Shown in pieces: positions 12,270 through 26,115 of a stretch of DNA of 64,000 nt. A program made the translations under genes and the position numbers. The stretch spans positions 70,928,001 to 70,992,000 of the forward strand of contig CM097885.1 in the NCBI GenBank assembly GCA_044892525.1, given 5' to 3'. Source of the stretch: Schmidtea polychroa. Its lineage: Eukaryota. The notes beneath the pieces were generated by a model. It was not told the DNA's origin. It ran no database searches and worked only from the letters and a program-made list of their open reading frames with translations. The stretch's first letter is position 1, and each line of letters begins with the position of its first letter.

Positions 12270-13689
12270 AGATACAATAAATTTAAATTTCCTGATATTT
12301 TTCATAATTTTCATATTACTACTTTCATATTATTTCCATTTAGCCCCCCAATAAATGATCATCATGTGATATTTCTTGCAATGCAGTGCAAACACAGGAC
12401 AAATTATATCTCAAAGGTTTCAGTGACTCAGTCCGACTTTCCCATCGTGTGTCACGGACTGGTTTAAGTGTAAAATTAGTTATGTGCTTTTTCAAATATT
12501 TCTATCGACGAGTCGAGCAGGAAAAATATACATACAAACGATGTACTGTATCGAAAAATACTGTGGCATCTAAACAATTAACAGTACAACTCACTACTAA
12601 ATTCAATGAATACACCAAACACCACTGAGATGCATTTCCTATAATATAACAAAAAAATCAATAATCTTACATTATAGAAACATACATACTTACTTTGATT
12701 TCACGTTGATGTTCTCATTTATAGCTCAATGAGATACATCTTATATTATAGAAATCTGAAAAGTGGAAGGAAAATTAAAATATGCACACAAGCACAAACC
12801 ATAATAAAAAACACATACAAACTTTTGATTCGTAAAATTGTAACGATGAGATACGTTTCTATAATAATTCTATTTTAGACAATTTTTAGAAAAAAAAGAT
12901 CGTTGAAAATTTTTTAAATTATATTTTTAATGAAAATATCAAGAGCAGATGAATTTGGTTCAAAATCTTTTTACTCCAGATTTGATTTCCTTTAAGAATC
13001 CCCTCATATTGAGCTCAGAAAAAAAATTACAAAAATTAAAAAAATTATTCTAATCAGCGATTTTTCCCAAAATGTTTTAAAAAAATACATTGATTGATTT
13101 ATTTAATTAATTATAATTAAAAATATATCGGACTCACATTTTTTCGAAATAATTCCAAAATACTTTAATAAAAGACATAAAATTCCTAAAAAAATGCCTG
13201 AAAATTAATTAAAAATAATTTATAATTATATTGTTGATTAAAAGTAATATTTAAGAACTTGAATAATGATCTCATATCCAAATGGATCAAAATTCAAGTC
13301 TTAAAATTTACTTTAAATTTAATATCTTACCTGAAAACCATTTCTAAAATGGCTAAAATAAATTTCATGATGTAAAACATACGTAAAACAAATTACTGAC
13401 AACTTTGCTAAACAACAATTTATCATCAACATCAGTAAATTGGTGAGTGAGCAATCGCTCTACACGCAAACCACCACTATAGAGAACGTATCTCAGTGGG
13501 GTTTGGTGTATGAACTGCATAGCTACACAGTGAAACGGTCAAAAACTTGAACTGCTAATTGTTTAATGAGAATATTAGTTGAAAATTGCATACAATACGC
13601 TTATTTTTTCAACGAATTCTACATTATTTTCTAAAGTGGTATCAAACTATCAACATTTGTCTTTGCTGTCTAAAAGTATAAATATTTTA

Positions 13690-14700
13690 TGTAACCGGTA
13701 CGTGGTAACGTACTAAATAAATACTTAAATAGTTTTAGTGATGTACTTACCATTTGTTTGTATTGTACAATTTTGTTGGGTTTTTATTTTCAAAGTTGGT
13801 TTTCTCTCTGACTCCTCGTGTTCTTATTCAAACAAATAAGTCTAACCACAACACAGAAAAACTTTATTCAATTTCAATCAAATTCCAATTTGTCACTATA
13901 TTTGCACCTTTCGCTCAATATAATTATTACTCAATAAGATAGATAACACAAGAGACAATAACCTTTTCTGGTAAGAGAATTAAGCCTCTTTTCGAATTAC
14001 TATATTTCTTTTTCAGATCACTGATCGCCTGTTTCACTGAGTTTCTCTTTGTTTCTTCGACCAACTGGCAGCTTGTCTGTTTCTGAGCTCTCTTTTTATA
14101 CTGTTTCTCAGAGAGCAATTATCTGCAGAATTGCAATTAATTATTTCACGGGAATCCTAGGTAAACATTTGAGGGTTTCCAAATTATTTTAATTTGTTTG
14201 TCCTAGATTGACTCTCGAAATATTCCCTCTCTTATCTGACCAATCGGGTCTCACTGCACATGGGGTTTTCTTCAGTGCTCGGGTTTCCAATTGACTCGGA
14301 CTTTCCATTAAAGATTAATTAATTTAATTTAATTTGTTTTTTTGCAATTACTTTCTCTGTGAACACTTTATTAAATTTTCATTATAATTTCTGAATTCGT
14401 CTATCAATTTGGCGCTCAACCATACCTGATACCTGATTTTTAGTAAGTTTTAATTAATTTTGCACTTTTATTGATTTTACCAATATTTGTTATGCCTTCC
14501 TTTTATATATACATTTTTTTGGTTGCTGCACTAACCCCAACTATTGTGAGTTTTTATTTGTTGTCGGTTAAAAGAATTGCCGGTTAGTTTGTGAAGAGAG
14601 TTTGTAGAGCCCGGCAAAGAAAGTGTCGGGACTGGCGGGATGCTTGTATGTATGATGGTGAAAAAATATATGAAACAACAATTAATAAAAATTACAAATT
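13690..14700 (+). repeat. Non-coding interspersed repeat, possibly LTR or retroelement leader; related to 59110-59760 on the minus strand
   Basis: Starts tgtaac, ends aataaaaattaca. Shares ttcttcgaccaactg, gggtttcc..ctcgg..ttccatta..ttaattaattt and aaccccaac.attgt with the inverted copy. No matching TSD seen. Confidence 0.4.
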
Positions 14701-16429
14701 TATTAACCAAAAAAATTAATACTTCGTAATATTGTCAGGTATGTTTACCAGGATTAGGATAGTAGAATGGTGTATGGAGTATTTCTGTTACAATTGGATT
14801 TTCGAATTATTTCTCTGTTTAATTTTCGGAGATTTATCATGGATCAAAATCGATAACTTTAGTATTAATTTTTACTGGTCTCTCGATTTCTTTTTTGGTT
14901 GCTGTACTAACCCCAACTATTTTAAATTCTATATTTCATTCAAAGAACCAGGCAACCAGAGTATGTATATTTGAATTGAGGCCTGGAGATGCTTCTTGTC
15001 GATTATACTAAGTAATAAGCGAAAGTATTAGACACTCGAACTATTGGAAAGTTATAAAAATCATCAGTCGACGGTTTCTAATGTTTCGTGGATGACAACG
15101 GTACCGTCGTAGCGGGCGACATGCACATTCAGTGCAGTCCTCTTTGAAACTAAAGGAAACGCAAAATTCGACCGGTAAATAAGTGAATAATGAATTTTTA
15201 GTTTCTTTAAAGCCTGAACGGTTCAGAACCAGAAATCCAATGAACGATTGGCATTAATTTCAAGTGTCCCAATTGTTCTAGTGCCCCTAGGCAGTCGCCT
15301 AGGTACGCCTATTGGTAAAACTGGCCCTGCCGCGGACATTTTAAAAACTGATATGGATAACTGGCTAGCAATCGAAAATATTAAACCAATATGCTTTATT
15401 TAAGTTTATGCACTCCTGCAAGAAGTGAAAAGTTGGTTTTTGAAAAATATATATTTAAATATTTATTTAAAACTAATGTATTTATTTTTTTTTCAAAAGG
15501 AAAGTGACATCACTTTAGATTTTATCTTCAACGGATACTTTCCAAACTCTGAAAATATTTCTACTTTTAATGGGGAAATCTATATCTTATGAGTAAATTA
15601 GTGATTCTTTCACAATGAAAAGCAACCCATATATAACGCACATCATTGAGTTAAATAATCAGCAATGACATAATATACAGACTCAGACAATAAAAATAAT
15701 CAATCAAACATGAAGACTTTCCTACTCATTAATTATGGGGGTTAATACAACATAAGTACACGAAAATTAAATATTTCAATAAAATTTAATCAGAGGGACA
15801 GTGGCAACTGCGGCTATAATAGCATGGGAAATTAACAATTCAAAACACTAACACTATGATGATTATTAATAGTATTACTTTAACATTTCATAAACTTTCA
15901 TTACGATAATTGATCAAACTTTTCTTTTCCCAAGTCCAACATGTTGGCCCAAGCCTTAAAAATATCCAAAATTTCTTAGTCGTTTTTCCTTCTTTCATTG
16001 TTTTATTTCAGTCAAAATTAAGAAGTAAAAAATCTGCTCTGACGACCCCATATAACAATGAAACCGTTATAAGAATACTTAAAATCATTTTAAACATTGA
16101 ATAAACAAAAATAAAAATAAATAATTAAAATAATAAAAATAATAAAAAATAATTCGCGTCTGTGTGCGCTTTTCTTTTCTTTGTTTTGGTTGTGTGCGCA
16201 CACAGACGCGTAAGATTGTGGATGGCAATAAAAAATAACAATCATAGGATACCTTTAAAGTTGATGCAACCGAATGTTTAATTTAGCTCAATCCGCGTCT
16301 GTGTGCGCATGCCTTTTGTTTTGAGTTATTTGGCATATTTTCGAATGGATTTAATGTTGAATTGAAGTTTTTGTCGAATGATTTGTATTTGAATTTTACT
16401 GAATATATTTTTTTGAATTTAACGATTTC

Positions 16430-16720
16430 TCTTCGATTTTGTTTGGAATTTATAATGGCAACATCTAAATATAACGGGGGATTGATGGATCTCGATGATT
16501 TAGTGGCAAGGTTGAATAGAACCCGCAGCAAAATGGAAATAGAAACTATTTGTAAAGACGATGTTATCAGATCTAGCAAATCTCTTAAAATTCTGGGTAA
16601 TGGATTCTCTCTAATCACATTATCTCGAGACCGACAATTAGTTCAATCTGTACCTGGTGAATTGAATATGGATCAAACAAATTTGTTGAAATGTGCTCAA
16701 GATCAAAATGGCCGAATCGA
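16430..16720 (+). pseudogene. SNF8: SNF8/EAP30 (ESCRT-II Vps22) internal gene fragment inside chimeric ORF 16362-16991
   Basis: NGGLMDLDDL..KDDVIRSSKSLKILGNGFSLITL..LVQSVPGELNMDQTNLL matches SNF8 (NGGLITLEEL..DDLIRAIKKLKALGTGF..LIQSVPAELNMDHT). N- and C-terminal thirds are absent. Confidence 0.8.
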
Positions 16721-17271
16721 TATTGTTTTGTGTTCAGAAAGGAATAATATGAGATCAAATTTATGTGTAGCTACACAAAGACAGGTTCCAAATAAAATGA
16801 TTGAGAAGAGTTCAGCTACGAGATTGTTTAATATTACTGAAAGTACTGGAGGTGTTATGACTGCTATGATCACTGATTATCAATCTCAAGTATGTAGTGC
16901 ACAAATGGAAGCAGCTCGATTTAGATATAAACATGGATATGAAAATAAAAGGTTTATGTGTTATTATGAATTCGCGATTGAACATAAATGAAACACGAAT
17001 AATAAAATGAGAAAAGTAAGCAGTTGCACATGAAACACATTTTAAAATACATAAAAATACAAAATAAATCGCCGAAAAAAGAAACACAACCACCTGTTCC
17101 ATGAGATAAAAATGGTGTGTAAAGACGATCATTCGATCAATCGGGCAAAAAAAAAGAAAAAATTTAATTTAAAAACAATAAATTAAAATAAATAAATAAA
17201 TGAACCAATCAGAATGATTGGAATTTGAAGGTTAAAAATGATTATTTAAACTGATCAAAAACACACTAGAT

Positions 17272-19038
<1,767 letters not shown>

Positions 19039-19679
19039 CATTAGATCAATCCTGATCAATAGAATGCATTTACAAAAAACTATATATGGGATAGTCGCAG
19101 CAGACACTTTACCACTTTTTATCTATCTAAACATTTTCTCACTATTTTATAAATCTTCACGGACAATTTTTTACTGATCTAAAAATTTTGTTTACTATTC
19201 TATAAACCTCAAGGGTTAACTTTTCTTAAAGAACTCTAACAATTTCAACCAACTTCAATTCAATCTTATTTAAATCGTTATCGACTAAATCCATTCGGTA
19301 CTAAATTTTGGAATCTGTAGTTTTATTGAAATCTTTGGAACAATATTTTGGTAATTTTTATTTATTATTGTCATGTTTAAACATCGGATTCGTTGTAATG
19401 TAGTTTATTCATTAAAATCTTATTGGTAAAACCTGATAATGATTTGGATTTTATAAATTTTGCAGAGCGACAAGGCAGGTACTGAACAGTACATTAGTTC
19501 ATTTGCTAATATTATAAGATTAAGGCTGAGATTGTGACCATCGACAATCTAACATGATCATCTCCCAGTTGGCGCTTAGGGGTGTGTCGTTTTAAATGTT
19601 TTAGGGGTACTTAGAAATTTTAAATAAACGTCTTCCTAATTGCCTTCATGATTATTGTACTTTAGACCATCTGTGTACC

Positions 19680-19900
19680 CATTGCGTCAACCATGTTGGT
19701 GTTGTACACAACGGCTGGAAATCCATGAGCTGGTGAGCTCTACTGCTAAAACTACTCCTCAGGATATTTTCATTTTCGGGTTCTGGACTACCGATATAAG
19801 GTCTTACGTCATCGTTCATTTTCTAGTTCTTTCTTAGATTATTGTCGTTTATTTAGTAAATTATGGTCCTCATTTTTGGATGTTCTTTTCCAAAATTTTG
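19680..19900 (-). pseudogene. Fragment of the unidentified accessory-ORF family (copy D)
   Basis: accatgttggt..ggtgagctc..aactact shared with 42.76-42.83 kb; gttctggacta.cg.ta.aaggtctta.gtc shared with 57.51 kb. Confidence 0.55.
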
Positions 19901-20945
19901 CGCAGGGATCCGCCCTTATTTCCAAGTTAATATATTTCGTTCTTGACTTTCTGCAATTCTGGAGGATATTCGACTCATTCTTTGAAAAATTTAGCAGGAT
20001 CTGCCTATATTTTTAATCCTGGTCCATTTGATATCATAACTACGCGTGGATTCTATAATATTAGTCAAACCTACACTTTCTCTATTTACAATCGATCTTA
20101 CTTTTCCTATTTCTAACTTAACTCACTAAAATTCATTAAAATGCATCAACGATTAATTACGATATCTTTGTGCTACTTATGCCCTACTAAAAATACTTAC
20201 AGCGACGGACTCGCAGGAGACCCTCCACCCCGAGGTCCGATCAACTGAAATGATTGAAGACTCCTGCTGTCCCACCGGTAGAAAGACATGACACTCGAAG
20301 GTCGAATTCAAATTTAACTTTATATATTTAAATAACTATATTTGACCTTAAATCAGGGTAGGCTAACATTTTTCATCATTCATCACACTTTTACAAGATA
20401 TAATTATTTTTTAATGGTCGGAGTAATTTAAACATTCTAATTATATCAATAAACAAACATTTTTCACTTTATTATCGGTAATATAGTAGACAAAAATTAT
20501 AATACGCTTGCAAAATTGACCAAACATGAAGCACGCTTAAACATAAAGGTCAATAACCTCTAGCACCAATTACGATCTGCAAAAGCTAAGTGAAAGAATG
20601 GCAAAACAAATATGACACTTGTATAATAAATATTTTTTAATGATTTCATTTATGTTTATATATTTTTTATATCTATTATATTATCTATGTTTACATGTAA
20701 GAATAATATTAAACACAATAATAACAACTCATTATGTTTCAACTTTTCACTCCAAAAAATGTCGGAAAACCATACCTGATCGTATTATAAATAAAATCTT
20801 ATTTATTTATTTAAAAAATTATTAATCGTTAAATAATTATTAAATAAATATTAATACGATTAAAAATGATAAATTGGTTGGAGAAAGTTACATAAATGTA
20901 TTTATTTTTCATTTAATTTATATAAAAATAATCCTGTATTTTATT

Positions 20946-21866
20946 CGGGGGTGAAACATATCTGATACAAATTCGGGAGGTGAAACATATCTGATACAAA
21001 TTCGGGAGGTGAAACATATCTGATACCAATTCGGGAGGTGAAACATATCTGATACCGATTCGGGGGTGAAACATATCTGATACCGATTCGGGAGGTGAAA
21101 CATGTCTGATACCAATTCGGGAGGTGAAACATATCTGATACCGATTCGGGAGGTGAAACATATCTGATACAAATTCGGGTGTTAAACATACCTGATACAA
21201 ATTCGGGAGGTGAAACATATCTGATACCAATTTGGGAGGTGAAACATATCTGATACCGATTCGGGGGTGAAACATACCTGATACCGATTCGGGAGGTGAA
21301 ACATGTCTGATACCAATTCGGGAGGTGAAACATATCTGATACCGATTCGGGAGGTGAAACATATCTGATACCGATTCGGGAGGTGAAACATATCTGATAC
21401 CGATTCGGGGGTGAAACATACCTGATACCGATTCGGGAGGTGAAACATGTCTGATACCAATTCGGGAGGTGAAACATATCTGATACCGATTCGGGAGGTG
21501 AAACATATCTGATACCGATTCGGGGGTGAAACATACCTGATACCGATTCGGGAGGTGAAACATGTCTGATACCAATTCGGGAGGTGAAACATATCTGATA
21601 CCGATTCGGGAGGTGAAACATATCTGATACCAATTCGGGAGGTGAAACATATCTGATACCAATTCGGGAGGTGAAACATATCTGATACAAATTCGGGTGT
21701 TAAACATACCTGATACAAATTCGGGAGGTGAAACATATCTGATACCAATTCGGGAGGTGAAACATATCTGATACCGATTCGGGAGGTGAAACATATCTGA
21801 TACCGATTCGGGAGGTGAAACATATCTGATACAAATTCGGGAGGTGAATCATATTTGATCCAAAAT
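20946..21866. repeat. Minisatellite, about 31 units of 28-29 bp (cgggaggtgaaacatatctgataccgatt)
   Basis: Direct head-to-tail units with no spacers; recurring variant units. Confidence 0.97.
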
Positions 21867-22148
21867 GTCTAGTCTATATCTAATATGGGGATTGTATATG
21901 CGGCCCATGGAGTTATGATGCATTTCCAAAGTGGCTCGCAAGATCATTTCGATTGTCAACTCATGTCTTAAATATATAAACTATATAGTTGAATCAATGC
22001 GCATTATCGACACCCATGCGGAACCTTGGTTATCATTGGTGCAAGTTCAAATATTGTGGGAAATCAAAATGGGAAATATTATACGCAACTCGATTGGTTT
22101 ATCACTTATTCAAACACAGATGAAAAATTACAAAAATCTTTACAAATT

Positions 22149-22926
22149 TTATTTCAACTTTTTGATAATCTCCTCGTCATATCGAACCATTTCTTCGTTT
22201 TCCTTCTTCCAAAATTCTTCATCTCTTCGAGTAGCAATTTCTTTTTCTCTCGAAATTCGCAATAATTCAACAATTGATTTACCAAACATCTCTGTATCTT
22301 CCATTCGATCTCGAGGCTCCAAATGTTCTTCTTTCACAGTATGGACTTCCACGCCAAGTTCATTTATTTTATACACTTCGTCAGGTCCATCAACATGTCC
22401 ATATTCAAGGCAATTGACAGCGTTATCTCTCTCTTCAATCACTTCTAACAAATTTTCCATGCTTTCTTCTACCTAAATAAATAAAATAAAAATAGAAGTG
22501 TTTCGAAAATATGGTGAAACAGTAATCGATTAAAGTTTTAGAACTTTTTTTAAAGTAAAAATAAATTGCCTTTTCAAATCTGTCAGAATTAGGATAATTG
22601 TATCCCATGCGATTATGTTCTTCCTCCATCGTCATTAACATATTCCTCTCTTTTAAAAGAACATACCACAACTGATGAATTTCTTCATTACTTTTATTTC
22701 TTAACTCATCGACACGCCAAGGTCTACCAGAGGGTATGATTGATAAACCCCAATTGCTCTTTTCATCAAAAAAATCATATAAACTACAATTAAAAACCGA
22801 CGTTTTATATGATTTATATAAAAATATCCTATGTTGATTTAAAATTAATCTACAGAAATATCTTTATAGCTTACAATATTATATAATTTCTTACTTTGAC
22901 AAAAAACTTTTACATATAAAAGACAT
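22149..22926 (-). CDS. MRPL47: Mitochondrial ribosomal protein uL29m/L47, about 211 aa; exons 22926-22895, 22849-22570, 22472-22149
   Basis: DFFDEKSNWG..SGRPWRVDELRNKSNEEIHQLWYVLLKERNMLMT..DRFEKVEESM matches MRPL47. Intron 1 is 45 nt GT-AG; intron 2 is 97 nt with a GC donor. Confidence 0.92.
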
Positions 22927-23334
22927 CGAAAAAAAATATTATTTAAACAAATGATCTAAGGTTAAATTCTGAAACCTTTAAATAATATATAATTAACTAA
23001 TAGGATATACAGCGTTAATTAATAGACCTTTCAGAATAAGGAAACCAGAATTGTTAATGTCTCAATAATTCTAAACTATACATCTTACTAATTCAATAAT
23101 TTAAATTGAATAAAATTAATTAAAATTTTATTGAGCAACCTTCAATACTGAAAATCAGGAAAATAAATTTTTGACTTTTAAGATTTAAGTTTTTCGTTTG
23201 AATAAATTAATAATTATATTCATAGCAACTATTTGTGTGCTATTTTGTATTGACAAATTACTTAATATTTATTTTATTTTATATTTTTAATAATAATTAG
23301 AAAACATTTTATTAAACGTTTCTAAAAATTTAAG

Positions 23335-23888
23335 GCTGCCAATGTTTTCGAAATTCAAGACACTACTTTAAACCATAATGAATATATCATTTTCGGAAAT
23401 TCTAATACTCAAACTCAAAATCTCTGCAGAACCTTTTGGCATAACGCCCAAATGTTGCCTCCAGCTCATGAATCAACATTAGTATCATATGGAATCAAAC
23501 AACGTATGAAACGATCAGGGGATCTCCCTGTGAATTATTCGCAAATAAGAAAAGTCCTTAATGAAGACGAAATTAAAAGAAATGAGAAATATTTAAAGGT
23601 AATTTATTTACAACAAGAAAATGACCAGGAGAACTATGTGAAATATATGACTAAAAAGCAAAATGAAATTCGCGATTTAATTAAGTAGAAATTTTAATAT
23701 TTAATTTATAGTATATAATAATTTTATCAAGGAAACAAATGCACACTAAAACAAATTACCAAAGAATTCAATCAGTTATTCCCAAATGTAATTCTCAACA
23801 ATTTTCAGATTCAAACATTGAATTATTTGCAAGCGACAAAATGGCCGGAGAAATATGAAAAATATTATGAAAATAAAATATTTTTATA
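23335..23888 (+). CDS. Unidentified spliced ORF (hypothetical protein); exon structure uncertain
   Basis: Open frame 23335-23688 after acceptor-like ttaag, and a second open stretch near 23731-23888; slightly higher GC than flanks; no recognisable domain. Confidence 0.35.
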
Positions 23889-24090
23889 AACTATTTCACA
23901 AAATTATTAAAAAATTCGGAGTATTTAATGACTAATTGTTTATTAATAAAAATGACACTTTTTACATCGAAAGTATTTCTACATAAGTATATATGATAAT
24001 AATGATAATAATAATAATAATAAAATTCACAACAAATTACATATCTATTATTTCAATAAATATCGAAATATTGACATCGCCGACACACAT

Positions 24091-26038
24091 TTACATGACT
24101 TTGGTTTTCTTGATAAGACTATCTGTTGCAGCTTGACTGGCAATTCTTTTGCTACGAGAAATTATTGTAATCGGTGTCCTTGGCGATGAAACGATTGGTC
24201 TTTTAGATTTTATTGGAGTTTTCCGTATTGGTGATGGTGATTGGCTGTTGCTACTGACAACGACATCTAATATGGAATTGTTCCGTGTAACCTTTTCCCG
24301 ACTCTTCTCCATATCCAATACAATCGACCTTGACTTACTACCGACCTTCAAAGCATTCACTGGAACATCTTTAACTTTACCGATCTTAATCGATGAAGCT
24401 TTTCTAGTCAAAATTGCCTTTGTCAATCTATTGAGAGTAACAGAATCTGAGCTAGTCGGTGTTCCTTGAGAACTTCTCGTGACTCTTCCAATCGACGATG
24501 GCGAAGAAATTGAGGCTGGTTTTTTCGATATCCTATTTGAACTCGAAGAGGAATTTTTCTTTTGCTTATCCTGAGATATTTCGAGTTTATTTTCCAATAT
24601 TTCCGGCGAGTGGACAATTACAACTTTTTTCGTTGTTTTCCCTTCAACTGCCGCCCGTTTCGATGGCATGATTTTCACTTGGTTTTCCAAACTATCGATA
24701 TCTTCTGAGGCCGAAAGAGATTTCTTTTTCCTTTCCACGGATTTTTTCAAAATAGAAGGCCGCCTATTCGGTTTATTTAATAACGATGAGGAAGACCTGG
24801 CAACTTTTGTCGTCATAGAATTTTGGGCCTTCGTACTCTTTATCGATTTCAGTGGAGTTTTCTTTTTGTTATTGACGATTTCATCGTTTTTCTCAACGTT
24901 TTCCAATGGAGTCTCCTCATCAAAGTTATCAGATGTGTAATCGTAGGTTTCCATTCGCTCCAGGTTGATAGAAACGGTTCCTTCGATCCTAACTGTAGAA
25001 TTTGATAAATCGTTTGTTTCATTGGCTGGTTCAGTAGAAGAGGATTGTGGCACGGATTTCTTTGTCAAACCAACCATATCTTTCATAACCCTGACATTTG
25101 GCTTGCAAACACGCCCGCGTTTCGTTACCGATAACGGGCTGGTTTCTAATTCTTCCAATTCCGCTATCGGGGATTCGCTGCGCTGTATCTTGCGTTTTGT
25201 TGGCATTTTGCGGGCATTGATTGGTTTCTTCAATTCTTTACTGTTGATATTGAGTTCGGATGACAGGGGGAATGAGACAGCTTCAGATTCGATTTCCGGG
25301 AGACCAACAACGATTTTTGCGATATGTTTTTTGGGTTTCGACACACCGATTGGTTTCTGAATGGGAACATCGATTTCTTCGGGGATTTTGTTAGCATTGC
25401 TAACCGTGGGTATGTGACCCTTTATAAGGGGGGCCGGCATGAAATTCATCATCATTTGTTTCGATTTGTGAGTCGGAGAGAATTGCACACGAACTTTCGG
25501 TGGATCATCACCGATCAGGATGTTTGCGAAATCAGGATTGAAAAATGTGTTAGGAGCAGGCAGATATCGAGTTCTGGGAAGCTTCAATTCAACTGGATAT
25601 TCTTTCAAATCGTAACTGGCCTGCTTGGAGATAAGCAGGCCCAGAGAAATGTCGCAGCAAATATAGAGTTTCTCATTAATAACTGTATTATTGGGATCTG
25701 TGGCGTCCTGGGCGTGCTTGATTTTCTCCAGGAGCTTACGGATGAAGCTGCTGTTTTCATTCATTTTCAGAATCGGTTCCATTACGAACCAGAGGCATTG
25801 TTTTACACGGAAGATCGATGCTTGGTCATCAACATCGAGCCAGTGCTTATCATGAGCAAGCATATGGATTATGAAAGCAAGGACATATTCCGGTAGCACA
25901 GCAAACAATAGCTCTACGATTGCAATAATACCAAAAATAAATAAATATAATATGAAAAAATAAAAATAACTACGTCAAAAAAATCAATACTATTAATTAT
26001 ATTTATCAAAAATAAGAAAAAATTATAAAGTTAAAAAC

Positions 26039-26115
<77 letters not shown>

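Noticed and set aside
15240-15329. Single hAT-like end (aaaactggccctg)
   Set aside because: No partner TIR or TSD found, so no element could be delimited.
16283-16310. AHRRG at the end of a minus-strand ORF, resembling the SNF8 N-terminus MHRRG
   Set aside because: Wrong strand, and produced by a short thrice-repeated motif.
20946-21866. CRISPR array, and the 84-293 aa ORFs over this region
   Set aside because: Units are contiguous with no unique spacers, there are no cas genes and the context is eukaryotic; the ORFs are translations of the minisatellite.
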